From Dehalococcoidia bacterium (GTDB lineage Bacteria; Chloroflexota; Dehalococcoidia; Plut-88900), in assembly GCA_965197585.1 (NCBI GenBank), contig OZ240215.1, positions 3,104,001-3,168,000 on the forward strand: a DNA stretch of 64,000 nucleotides, in the 5' to 3' direction. The notes below the pieces were generated by a model. It saw only the letters and a program-made list of their open reading frames with translations, searched no databases and had not been told where the DNA came from. This document shows, in pieces, positions 52,417 through 62,444 of the stretch. Every line of letters starts with the position of its first letter. Position 1 is the first letter of the stretch. The position numbers and the translations under genes are program-made.

Positions 52417-53988
52417 TTGGAGGGACGAGCTTTGGCTACCGATTGGGATGCAGTAATCATCGGCGGTGGACACAACGGGCTGGTCGCGGCCTGCTACATG
52501 GCAAAGGCCGGCCTGAAAGTAGCGGTCCTGGAGCGAAGGGAGGTCGTGGGTGGGGCATCGGTGACGGAAGAGACCTTCCCCGGCTTCCGAATCTCGACCG
52601 CAGCGATGGTTGGGGGTTTGCTCAAACCAAAGATCGCCGCCGACCTCGAGCTCCACAAGTTCGGCTACGGCCCCCTGGTCCCCTACGACCCCGTGGCCCT
52701 GCAGCTCTACCCCGACAACCGCTACATGCTCTGGTGGAGCGATCCCGTCAAGACTCTCGATGAGTTCGCAAAGTTCTCCCGAAAGGATGGCGAGGCATTC
52801 CTGGACCTGCGTAAGCGCATGGACAGGCTCGCCGCTGTGCTCAAGCCCCTCGAACTGAGACCCCCGCTCAGCGTCGAGGAGATCTCCAGGCAGTTCTCGG
52901 ACCCCGAGGACGCCTACTTCTTCCAGGAAGTGTTGGTCAGCCCCATGAAGGACTTCCTGGACGCCCGCTTCGAGACCGAGGAAGCGAAGGCCAGTGTCTG
53001 CTCGAATGGCGTGGTAGGTCTGGCGGCCGGGCCCTACTCCCCGGGCAGCGTCTATATGATGCTCCACTACTGGCCCGAGCTTGGCATCCCCATAGGCGCC
53101 GTTCCCGGAGGCATGGGCGGGATAACTGCGGCCCTGGCCCGTTGCGCCCGCAGCCACGGCGCCGAGGTGCGCACGGAAGCCGAGGTGGCCCGAGTAATCG
53201 TTCGTGATGAGAAGGCGTCAGGGGTGGAGCTGCTGAACGGCGAGGTCTTAAATGCCCGCGTAGTCCTCTCCAACGCCGACCCCAAGCGCAGCCTCCTCGG
53301 TCTCCTGGAACCCGACCACCTTGAAGAGAGCTTCCGCCGCAGACTGACATCGGTGAGAAGCGAGGGCATCGTATTCAAGATCAACCTCGCCCTCAGCGAG
53401 CTTCCCGACTTCACCGCCATCCCCGGCAAGGAGCTCGGGCCACAGCACATCGGCCCTTTCAAGATCTGCCCCTCGGTGGACTACCTGGAACGCGCCTGGG
53501 ACGACGCCAAGTTCGGACGGACGTCCCGAGAGCCCTACATGTACTGCGTCATCCACTCGGCGACTGACTCGACCATCGTGCCGGAGGGCAAGCACAGCAT
53601 GGGCGTTTTCGTCCAGTACGCTCCCTACCACCTCCGAGACACCGACTGGGAAACGGAGCGCGACATCTTCGGCAAACGCTGCATCGACACCCTCGCCCAG
53701 TACGCTCCCAACATCCCGGATGCCATCATCGACTACCAGTTCCTGTCGCCCAAGGACCTGGAGGAGAAGCTGTACCTGACCCACGGCCACATGTTCCACG
53801 CCGAAAACGCCCTTGCCCAACTCTTCAACGCCCGCCCGATACGCGGCATGAGCGACTACCGTACCCCGATACCCGGCTACTACCTATGCGGAGCAGGCAC
53901 CCATCCCGGAGGCACGGTCAGAGGCGCCCCCGGCCACAACGCCGCCCACGAGGCCATAAGGGACCTCCGCGAAGGCGTGGTGGGGTAA
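52417..53988 (+). CDS. phytoene dehydrogenase-like FAD oxidoreductase
   Basis: GGGHNGLVAA.Y, GGMG and YLCGAGTHPGG.V.GAPGHNAA motifs. Confidence 0.88.
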   Translation: MEGRALATDWDAVIIGGGHNGLVAACYMAKAGLKVAVLERREVVGGASVTEETFPGFRISTAAMVGGLLKPKIAADLELHKFGYGPLVPYDPVALQLYPDNRYMLWWSDPVKTLDEFAKFSRKDGEAFLDLRKRMDRLAAVLKPLELRPPLSVEEISRQFSDPEDAYFFQEVLVSPMKDFLDARFETEEAKASVCSNGVVGLAAGPYSPGSVYMMLHYWPELGIPIGAVPGGMGGITAALARCARSHGAEVRTEAEVARVIVRDEKASGVELLNGEVLNARVVLSNADPKRSLLGLLEPDHLEESFRRRLTSVRSEGIVFKINLALSELPDFTAIPGKELGPQHIGPFKICPSVDYLERAWDDAKFGRTSREPYMYCVIHSATDSTIVPEGKHSMGVFVQYAPYHLRDTDWETERDIFGKRCIDTLAQYAPNIPDAIIDYQFLSPKDLEEKLYLTHGHMFHAENALAQLFNARPIRGMSDYRTPIPGYYLCGAGTHPGGTVRGAPGHNAAHEAIRDLREGVVG

Positions 53989-54211
53989 TTCCCCATCTCG
54001 TGACGAGTCGCAGATGCACTAAGGCGTAGCCTCTGCATTGCCTGTGTTGGGGGGCATAGGCCGCTCGTGCTGTCATAGATCCGCCGAGGCGGGAGGCTCT
54101 CGAAGTGTGAGCGGGGGTCTTATCCCCTCTCCCTCGATGGGAGAGGGCTAGGGTGAGGGTGATTCCGGAATGTCTACGATATAAGTACGCGAGGCTCTTA
54201 CCGTAGCCCCC

Positions 54212-55252
54212 CTAAAACATCTCCCCCTCCGCCCCATTCTTCGAAGCCGGCACCGGCAGCAAGGGTAACTCCGCAGCCTCCCGGATGAGGTTCTCCAGGG
54301 ATAAAGCCATAGACTTGTTCTCCCTGAGAAAGTCCTTCGAGTTCTCCCGGCCCTGCCCCAGCCGAGTCCCCTCCCACGAGTAGAATGCCCCGCTTTTTTT
54401 GAGTATCCCGTACAGCACGCCCAGGTCCACCAAGTCGGCTACCCGGCTGATCCCCTCATTGAACATGATGTCGAACTCCGCCACCCGGAAGGGCGCAGCC
54501 ACCTTGTTCTTCACCACCTTCGCCCGCACCCGGTTCCCGACTATCGCCGATTGATGCTTTATCGACTCGATGCGCCGTAGGTCTATCCGCACCGAGCTAT
54601 AGAACTTCAGCGCCCGACCCCCCGGCGTCACCTCCGGACTCCCGAACATGACCCCGACCTTCTCCCGGAGCTGGTTGATGAACACCACGGCACAATTCGA
54701 GCGGCTCGTGGCCGCGGTTAGCTTGCGCAGCGCCTGCGACATCAGCCGAGCCTGCAGCCCGACGTGCGTGTCCCCCATCTCCCCCTCTATCTCCGCCCTC
54801 GGCACCAGCGCCGCCACCGAGTCCACCACCACAATGTCCACCGCGTTGGACCGGATCAGCGCCTCGGCGATTTCCAGGGCCTGCTCACCGGTGTCGGGCT
54901 GTGAGATGAGGAGCTCGTCGACATTGATGCCGCACTTGGCGGCGTAGGACGGGTCCATGGCGTGCTCGGCGTCGATATATGCCGCCATGCCCCCCGAGGC
55001 CTGTGACTGGGCCATCAGGTGCTGACCGAGAGTAGACTTCCCCGCCGACTCCGCGCCGAACACCTCGCAGATCCGCCCCTTGGGCACCCCCCCGATCCCG
55101 AGCGCAATGTCGAGACCCAGGGATCCCGTCGGTATCGCCTCGACCTCCATGCCGCTGCGGGCGTCCCCCAACCGCATGATCGACCCCTGTCCAAACTGCT
55201 TCTCAATCTGCCCAAGGGCCAAATCCAGTGCCTTATTTTTTTCCGTCGTCAT
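54212..55252 (-). CDS. recA: recombinase RecA
   Basis: [20 protein letters not shown] and GGRALKFY motifs. Confidence 0.98.
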   Translation of the reverse strand: MTTEKNKALDLALGQIEKQFGQGSIMRLGDARSGMEVEAIPTGSLGLDIALGIGGVPKGRICEVFGAESAGKSTLGQHLMAQSQASGGMAAYIDAEHAMDPSYAAKCGINVDELLISQPDTGEQALEIAEALIRSNAVDIVVVDSVAALVPRAEIEGEMGDTHVGLQARLMSQALRKLTAATSRSNCAVVFINQLREKVGVMFGSPEVTPGGRALKFYSSVRIDLRRIESIKHQSAIVGNRVRAKVVKNKVAAPFRVAEFDIMFNEGISRVADLVDLGVLYGILKKSGAFYSWEGTRLGQGRENSKDFLRENKSMALSLENLIREAAELPLLPVPASKNGAEGEMF

Positions 55253-55308
55253 GGTAGCGATAATAGCACGCGCCCTTTCCCATCGACAATTGCCTGCGAC
55301 CTACCGTT

Positions 55309-55337
55309 AGGATATGTGTTCTACACCATCGTGTCAA
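55309..55337 (-). promoter_or_regulatory. recA promoter with an overlapping imperfect LexA-like box
   Basis: TTGACA-N17-TATCCT; AGAAC-ACAT-ATCCT overlaps the -10. Confidence 0.6.
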
Positions 55338-55378
55338 CCGCTAGCCTTGCCAAGAGGATGGGTCATTCAGCTCAACTC

Positions 55379-55429
55379 CGTCATTCCCGACCCTAATTTG
55401 GCTGAAGGTGCGCCTTAGGCGTGAATCCA
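55379..55429 (+). repeat. CGTC-type REP with nested module (inverted copy at 58120-58170)
   Basis: 42/51 identity between the two copies. Confidence 0.75.
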
Positions 55430-55724
55430 CCCGATGGAGGGGCCGCTCAGCGTGTCGTAGATCCGCCGAGGCGGAAGCTTAGTCGAAGGGTCGAGCGGGG
55501 CGGTGACCCCGTACTGCCAATCCATCGCGCCCGCCCCGACTCCCAACCCACCCCCTTCTCCCCTGTCATTCCGAAGCCCCGCGAGGAATCTAGGGCTTGC
55601 CCATTCACGCCTCAACCCCCGAGCCGCACCCACGCTTGGTGGACCCACCGGGGTCCGCTACAATCCCGGACCATTTACACCGGCCCCACACCAACAAACA
55701 CCGGGGTCGAGAAAGGAACACTCA

Positions 55725-56009
55725 ATGGGAATGGACGTATGGGCAGTCAAGACGGAGCATATTGATTCACCCAAAGGGTCGGTGCGGGAATTCCTGTTCG
55801 ATTTGGCCGGAGAAGATCTGCCCGAGGGTTGGATTGGGGGCTGGGACGGCAATGTGTTCTTGCAGATCCTCAGGGAGGACTTGGAACGTAGGGCGAGGGA
55901 TTACACTTCCGAGCAGTGCCTATCCCAAACCGATGCCGATAAGCTGCTATCTTGGGTGGAGGCTCTACCGTGGGAGCGCGATGACATCACCTTGCACTTG
56001 GGGTGGTAG
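55725..56009 (+). CDS. hypothetical protein (94 aa)
   Basis: AAAGGA RBS; MGMDVWAV...LHLGW. Confidence 0.6.
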   Translation: MGMDVWAVKTEHIDSPKGSVREFLFDLAGEDLPEGWIGGWDGNVFLQILREDLERRARDYTSEQCLSQTDADKLLSWVEALPWERDDITLHLGW

Positions 56010-56081
56010 GAGGACGGATTTCTCATGTATGATTCACTAAGGGAAGGGTCAGGCCTTTTGTATGAAGGAAAATTGATCTCA

Positions 56082-56984
56082 ATGGACTACCTGAACAAAG
56101 TCTTGCTTGGTGATTGCGAGGAAGTCCTTAAAGGTATTCCCGACAACTCTGTAGACCTTATATTTACATCCCCTCCCTACGCTGACCAACGTAGAAGAAC
56201 CTACGGCGGCATTCGTCCTGATGACTACGTTGACTGGTTCATGCCTAAAGCTGACCAGTTTTACCGCGTCCTTCAGTCGACAGGGACATTCGTTCTTAAT
56301 ATCAAGGAACGGGTTGTGAATGGTGAGCGGCATACCTACGTAATGGAACTGATACTGGAAATGAAGAGACGCGGGTGGCTCTGGACCGAAGAATTTATTT
56401 GGCACAAGAAGAACTCGTATCCTGGCAAGTGGCCTAATCGCTTCCGAGACAACTGGGAAAGGCTTATCCAGTTCAACAAGGAAAAGAAGTTCCACATGTA
56501 CCAAGAGGCTGTAATGGTGCCTGTGGGAGATTGGGCCAAGCACAGACTAGCAAACCTGAGCGAGACCGACCGTATAAGAGACGAGTCTAAGGTCGGCAGC
56601 GGGTTTGGTAAGAACATCTCCAACTGGCTTGGCCGCGATATGGTCTATCCCAACAACGTTCTCCACATATCCACCGAGTGCGGCAACAGAAACCATAGTG
56701 CGGCATTCCCCGTCGGGCTCCCATCCTGGTTTATCAAGCTGTTTACTGAAGCAGAGGACGTTGTGTTGGATCCCTTCGTGGGGTCGGGTAGTACGCTTAT
56801 TGCAGCGATGGATCTTGGCAGGAGCTACATCGGCATAGACATCAATCCCGCATACGTCGGTATAAGCCGTAGTCGCGTCTTAGAGAAACCATTTCGTCTG
56901 CCAGGTATTGCAGAAGAGAAACAGAATGGCTATGCGCTTTCCAATACTGAACCGGTAGTCCATCATGCAACCACTGGACATTGA
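56082..56984 (+). CDS. beta-class amino (likely N4-C) DNA methyltransferase
   Basis: TSPPY before DPFVGSG, and HSAAFP. Confidence 0.92.
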   Translation: MDYLNKVLLGDCEEVLKGIPDNSVDLIFTSPPYADQRRRTYGGIRPDDYVDWFMPKADQFYRVLQSTGTFVLNIKERVVNGERHTYVMELILEMKRRGWLWTEEFIWHKKNSYPGKWPNRFRDNWERLIQFNKEKKFHMYQEAVMVPVGDWAKHRLANLSETDRIRDESKVGSGFGKNISNWLGRDMVYPNNVLHISTECGNRNHSAAFPVGLPSWFIKLFTEAEDVVLDPFVGSGSTLIAAMDLGRSYIGIDINPAYVGISRSRVLEKPFRLPGIAEEKQNGYALSNTEPVVHHATTGH

Positions 56985-57744
56985 GAACTTGACCGGCTTT
57001 GTCAATGACAACATAGTCGAGTTTCACAAGGCTAGGCACAAATCTCTGGAAGAGCTTAAGCTTAAAAAGCTTCTAGAGAAGAATCCGTATCTCCTGAAGG
57101 CCAAATACTTGGAATCCGCTCCGGAACTAATCGGAGGATTGATGGATGCCTACCTCTCTTCATCGGAGGAAAAGCTATTCGGTGATTTTCTGGAAGGCTT
57201 GGCAGTTTATGTCGCTCAGCAAACGACAGGAGGGCACAAATCGAGTGCTCAGGGAATAGACTTGGAATTTATCCATAATGGTATTCATTACATCGTATCG
57301 GTCAAGTCTGGCCCGAACTGGGGCAACAGCTCCCAGCATGCAAGACAGACCGATGACTTTAACACTGCAGTTGGTAGGATAAAGCAATCCTCCCGATCAT
57401 CAAATGTTGAGGCCGTCCTCGGGATCTGTTACGGCAAAACCAGAACTACTCGTACCAAATCAGGATACTTGAAAGTTGTGGGGCAGAACTTTTGGTACTT
57501 CATAAGCGAGAATGAGAACCTCTATATCGACATTGTAGAACCCGTTGGTTATAAAGCCAAGGAATACAACGAGGAATACTTTCAGAAGAAAAACGAGGCA
57601 ACTAACCGGCTCGTGCGCGATTTCATCGCTGAATTCTGCTCACGGTCCGGAGCAATTGACTGGAAAAAACTAGTCCGTTACAACAGTGGAAACTTCAAAC
57701 TGGAGAAGTTCTCTACCTATTTTCCACCTCCTCCCAAACTGTGA
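56965..57744 (+). CDS. type II restriction endonuclease (PmeII/EcoO109I-like family)
   Basis: KNPYL, SSSEE..FGDFLE, GIDLEF, KSGPNWGNSSQ and GQNFW; overlaps the MTase. Confidence 0.82.
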   Translation: MQPLDIENLTGFVNDNIVEFHKARHKSLEELKLKKLLEKNPYLLKAKYLESAPELIGGLMDAYLSSSEEKLFGDFLEGLAVYVAQQTTGGHKSSAQGIDLEFIHNGIHYIVSVKSGPNWGNSSQHARQTDDFNTAVGRIKQSSRSSNVEAVLGICYGKTRTTRTKSGYLKVVGQNFWYFISENENLYIDIVEPVGYKAKEYNEEYFQKKNEATNRLVRDFIAEFCSRSGAIDWKKLVRYNSGNFKLEKFSTYFPPPPKL

Positions 57745-57869
57745 CGTCAACGCCCTTGACCCACCTGAACACCCGTACTGTCATCGACGCCGCTCGAACA
57801 TGATCCCCCGGTAGCGGTTGGCTATTGGCACATGGAGGCGTTGACGGTTGAGGGAATGGGATTATCTAA

Positions 57870-58034
57870 CTAGAAGATTGCTTTAAGTAAGTAACCCACC
57901 AAATTCTCCGGTGCGCCAAATCCCGAGAAAGATACGTCTGCTCCAAACAACGCGCAAACAATATCTGTCAGCGTAGCGACTGTGATAACGTAAAGGGCTA
58001 CGGGCGATTTTATTACGTTAATAGCGTCCAACAT
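57870..58034 (-). CDS. possible 54 aa hydrophobic peptide
   Basis: MLDAINVIKSPVALYVITVATLTDIVCALFG...; GGAAGGG upstream; low GC. Confidence 0.3.
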   Translation of the reverse strand: MLDAINVIKSPVALYVITVATLTDIVCALFGADVSFSGFGAPENLVGYLLKAIF

Positions 58035-58538
58035 GGATATACCCTTCCAATCTATAGTTCTATAACCTATTTTATCATACGTCAGGTGACCATCACCCCT
58101 TCCCCCTCCCCCTGGGGGATGGATTCACGCCATAGCCGCACTTACAGCCCGATTGGAGTCGGGAATGACGGAAGGAGGGATGGGGCTATGCCGGGCCTCC
58201 CACCCCACCCCATGCTAAAATTTCCTTGGAGGCCCTATGCAAGACGCACCCACCGCCGAGCCGGGACCCCTCCCCAAGGGCTTTGGGGCCGCTCACCCTG
58301 AGCTAGCTGAAAGTCCGCCGAGGCGGATCGAAGGGTCGAGCGGGGCGCGGCCCTGCGTTGTCAATCCGTCGTGGTTGTCCTCCGACAGTGACACCACCTC
58401 CCTCCCCCCTTGGTAACGATATATCAGCCATGTTGCAGAGCAACATGGCTGATATATCAATAAAACAGGGCGGGTGGGTGGGACTTAACTTATTCCGGAA
58501 GGTCGGACGGCCCCTCCCCCAAAAGTGACACGAACCCC

Positions 58539-58568
58539 TTGACTCAAGCCGTACACATGTACTATATT
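58539..58568 (+). promoter_or_regulatory. promoter with a LexA-like palindrome
   Basis: TTGACT-N18-TATATT with GTAC-ACAT-GTAC in the spacer. Confidence 0.5.
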
Positions 58569-59215
58569 CACCCCCGATAGGCCAATCACTATTCTCAAGA
58601 CCAAGGAGGAACCAAAAACCCAGGGAAGCCCACCTGACCCACCCGAGGACTCAACGCCTAAGCCCATCCCAACGGCCTTCGCGCAGGCCAGCGGCACAAG
58701 CAAACGTCGCCATCTCCTCATCCCATCGGGTCCCGTGTCCCTTCCCTGACTCCCAGGCGATGGATGGTCCACAATTTTAAGCGGCACGCTCCCCTCAAAG
58801 GAGCCCTGCCCAAATGAGCCCCGCTCACGCCGGGCCAAACACCTCGGGCCTTTACGCCCTTGGAAATATCTCCCCCGTCGTTCCCTTCGGAGACCCCCAT
58901 GCAACCAGCGACGGCAGCGAGAAAACGTGCTCCCCACCCCTCCGAGTGGGTCAGCCAAAACTGGTGGTAGAGATGCCCTCAAGCGAGAACCCCTCGCTTG
59001 TCTACCACGTGATAACAGAAGCACGGGGCTGAACCAGGCTGGCCTCCCGCCCCCTGAATCCGAGTCCCGGACCTTCCATCGCCTACTCCCCAACAACCAA
59101 AACCAAACTCCTACCACAACTCAATATCTCAGCGGGCTTGCCCCCATGTCATCCGCGGGCTCCGCGAGGGATCTGGGGCGGGGAATTCCGCTCAATCGCG
59201 AAACACCCTCCCCCC

Positions 59216-60841
59216 TCAAAACCCCCGATACCAGTTAACAATCGGCATCCGGCGGTCCCGCCCGAAGTTCCTCGGCGTGATCTTCACCCCAGGCGCCGCC
59301 TGCCGGCGCTTGTACTCGTTCCGGTCAACCGCCTTGATCACCCGCTTCACCATCTCCTCGTCGAACCCCATGCCTATGATGTCCGCCGGAGACTTGTCCT
59401 GCTCCACGTAGGCCTCCAGCACGGGGTCAAGAACGCTGTAGGGCGGCAGGCTGTCGGTGTCCTTCTGGTCGGGGCGCAGCTCTGCGCTGGGCTCCTTGTC
59501 GATAACGCTCTGAGGGATAACCGGGCTCGGGCCCCGGGCGTTGCGGGTCTCGGCCAGCTCGTAGACCAGCACCTTGGGCACGTCCTTGATCACCGCAAAC
59601 CCCCCGGCCATGTCGCCGTACAGGGTGCCGTAGCCCATCGCCATCTCGCTCTTGTTGCCCGTGGTCAGCACCAGCCACCCGAACTTGTTGGAGATCGCCA
59701 TCAACAGGTTCCCCCGCATCCGGGCCTGCAGGTTCTCCTCCGCGACGCCCGACCCCGTGCCCGCAAACAACGGGTCCAGAGAGTCGAGGCTCGACTGAAA
59801 CATATCCTCAATCGAGATGTTCCACAGCTTCACCCCGAGATTCTTCGCCAGCATGTCCGAATCGGCTATCGACCCTTCCGACGAGTACCGGGATGGCATT
59901 GTCACGACGACTACGTTCTCGGGCCCAAGGGCGTCCGCTGCGATGGTTGCCGTCAGGGTGGAATCGATCCCCCCCGACAGCCCGATTACGACCTTCTCGA
60001 AGCCATTTTTATAAACGTAGTCCCGCGTCCCGATAGTCAGTGCCTCGTAGACCTCTTCCAGATCGGCGAGAGCGGGCTCCGGTGCAGGGTCGACGGCGGG
60101 TTGAGTGGCGTCGGGATCGATGTCCACAATGAGCAGGTCCTCTTCGAACTGCTTGCCTCGCGCCAGCACATCCCCCGAGGGCGAAAATACGCAGCTTCCC
60201 CCATCAAATACCAGCTCGTCCTGCCCCCCGACCAGGTTGGTGTAGAAGACGTAGACCCCGTTGTCCCGTGCCCGGTCAGCCAGCATCTGCTCCCTGAACC
60301 GGCCCTTGCCCCGGTGATAGGGCGAGCCGTTGATGTTCATGATGACCCGCGCCCCGGCCTTGCTCTGGACGTTGGTCGGCCCCGACTCGTACCAAATGTC
60401 CTCACACACGTTCACCCCAACACACGTCCCGTTGATATCGAAGACCGGACATTCGCTGCCCGACTGGAAATAGCGCTGTTCGTCGAAGACGCCGTAGTTA
60501 GGGAGATGTACCTTGTGATATACGCCGAGGAGCTTGCGGTCCTGTATCACCGCCGCAGCGTTGAAAAGCTCCTCATTCCTATCGACGAACCCGACTACCA
60601 CGGCAATCCCCGCCGAATGCTCAATAACCTCGTCGAGACGCTCGCGGTTATCGCGAATGAGGTTGTTCTTATAGAGAAGGTCTTCGGGGGGGTAGCCCGT
60701 GATGGTCAGCTCGGGGAAGGATACGAGGTCGGCGCCCTCGGCCCGGGCCCGGTCGATATACTCGATGATCTTGGCCGTGTTGCCCCGCAAGTCGCCGACG
60801 GTGGTGTTGATCTGGGCGAGAGCTGCTCGGAGTTTAGTCAT
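59216..60841 (-). CDS. nadE: glutamine-dependent NAD+ synthetase
   Basis: Nitrilase domain (FPEL, K..LPNY, CEDIW) plus SGGIDS, ENLQAR, GNKSE and PSAEL. Confidence 0.96.
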   Translation of the reverse strand: MTKLRAALAQINTTVGDLRGNTAKIIEYIDRARAEGADLVSFPELTITGYPPEDLLYKNNLIRDNRERLDEVIEHSAGIAVVVGFVDRNEELFNAAAVIQDRKLLGVYHKVHLPNYGVFDEQRYFQSGSECPVFDINGTCVGVNVCEDIWYESGPTNVQSKAGARVIMNINGSPYHRGKGRFREQMLADRARDNGVYVFYTNLVGGQDELVFDGGSCVFSPSGDVLARGKQFEEDLLIVDIDPDATQPAVDPAPEPALADLEEVYEALTIGTRDYVYKNGFEKVVIGLSGGIDSTLTATIAADALGPENVVVVTMPSRYSSEGSIADSDMLAKNLGVKLWNISIEDMFQSSLDSLDPLFAGTGSGVAEENLQARMRGNLLMAISNKFGWLVLTTGNKSEMAMGYGTLYGDMAGGFAVIKDVPKVLVYELAETRNARGPSPVIPQSVIDKEPSAELRPDQKDTDSLPPYSVLDPVLEAYVEQDKSPADIIGMGFDEEMVKRVIKAVDRNEYKRRQAAPGVKITPRNFGRDRRMPIVNWYRGF

Positions 60842-61180
60842 GGCTCAACGAGGCAAGGGCCGGCTCCTCCGGCAAGGCTAGAGTATAGCACGGCCCCGAG
60901 CCCCTCACCCTAACCGGTACGCAGGATCGTCCCGAAGAAACCACCCCCACCCCCCTGTCATCCCGGCCCCGCGCTGCAAGTCCGCCTTATGCGGGAGGGA
61001 TATAGGACTTGCCCACTCACTAGCCTCTCTGTAAAACCATCCCTCGTGGTCCCTGTCCGTCATCCCGGCCCCGAGCCGGAATCCATCCCTGTAAGGGCAA
61101 CTCTCGTGGTTGCCCTGGGGCGTGGGGAGGAATCCCCTCTCACTCGGCCTAGTCATTCCCGCCCTTCTTATCGTCATTCC

Positions 61181-62235
61181 TGTAAGTGTTAGGTAATTCG
61201 TTGACAGATTGGTATTCAATGGGTAACCCAATCTGGAGGCGAAAATGCGAGACAACAGCAAGGACCTCACCCTTGAAAGGAACTACATTCAGAAGTGGCG
61301 ATTCCTCATACAGGAATACCGATTGGTCAAGGCCAGGAAGCACCCCCGATTCCGCTTCGCCCAGGACTTCTATGTCTTCCACGGCACTACACGTCAGACC
61401 TTTGCCAAGTACTACAACCGGTTCCTCCTCTCCCCCTCCGACGACTCCTTCTTCCCCCGTAAGCGGGGCCCAATTGGAAGAGCCGCCGTACCCTGCCCTA
61501 CATAGAGCAGAAGGTTCTCAGCGAATGCTTCAACGGTACCAATCGCTACGAGATATATGCCATACTCAAGCCCATCCTCAAACAGCACACCCCTAAGCCC
61601 TCTACCATCTACGCCATCACCAGACGCCACGGTGTTAATAGGCTCACAAAGCCGATGCAGCAATCGAAGCGCAAGATCATCAAGACCCGGGCAGGGGAGT
61701 TGGGGCACCTGGACAGCCACCACCTCAGCCGGGACCTCCTGGTAGACTCCAAGCGCCGTTACTACCTGGTAGCCCTCATCGACGCCTGCACCCGCTTGGC
61801 CTGGGCCGAAGTGGTCGGAGACATCAAGAGCCTTTCTGTGATGTTCGCAACCCTGAAATCCATCAACTTCCTTAATGCGGAGTACGGCATCAAATTCGAG
61901 GCCATCCTCACCGACAATGGCCCTGAGATGGCCTCGCCCAGGAACATTGAGGGCCACCCCATGGAACGGATGCTCAATGAGCTGGGCATAAAGCACCGCT
62001 ACACCCGCCCTTATAGGCCCCAGACCAACGGGAAGATAGAGCGGTTCTGGAGAACCCTGAACGAGGACCTGCTGGAGGGGACCACCTTCGAGTCGGTGGC
62101 CGAGCTGCGAGACGAACTGCAGCAATATCTGCTCTACTACAATACCCAAAGACCCCACCAGGCAATGGATGGAAAGACCCCTTTGGAAACCCTTCAATCC
62201 CTCTAATTCTGTCAACGAATTATCTGACATTTACA
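61181..62235 (+). mobile_element. IS481-family insertion sequence
   Basis: TGT...ACA ends, 28 bp terminal IRs (25/28), ATTCC target duplication at 61176-61180 and 62236-62240. Confidence 0.9.
61245..62206 (+). pseudogene. IS481 transposase split by a -1 frameshift near 61470
   Basis: N-terminal ORF 61245-61505 continues in the -1 frame (NWKSRRTLPYIEQ...) into the DDE domain (HLD, TDNG.E, PQTNGKIERF). Confidence 0.85.
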
Positions 62236-62444
62236 ATTCCTGCGGAGGCAGGAATCCAGAGGTGGGTATTCCGTTCGCCCTGAGCGGAGTCGAAGGGTCT
62301 CAAGAACGGAATGGGTGGGGGGTCCGTCCCCCTCTTGTAGGCCATACAAAAACACACGCATTTCTTGATTTGGCAATTTTCTGGAGGCGGGGGGCGCTCC
62401 CTCCACTGCGATACAATACCCCCACCCCACCCAGGAGGCCCCAC

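Noticed and set aside
59138-60913. 591 aa plus-strand ORF
   Set aside because: Antisense shadow of nadE caused by high-GC codon bias; the same applies to shadows over acuC, ftsH, the thiolases and glcD.
61460-61480. Programmed -1 frameshift in the IS481 transposase
   Set aside because: The only candidate, G GGC CCA, is not an A/U-rich slippery site and IS481 transposases are normally single ORFs; a 1 nt deletion or sequencing error is more likely.
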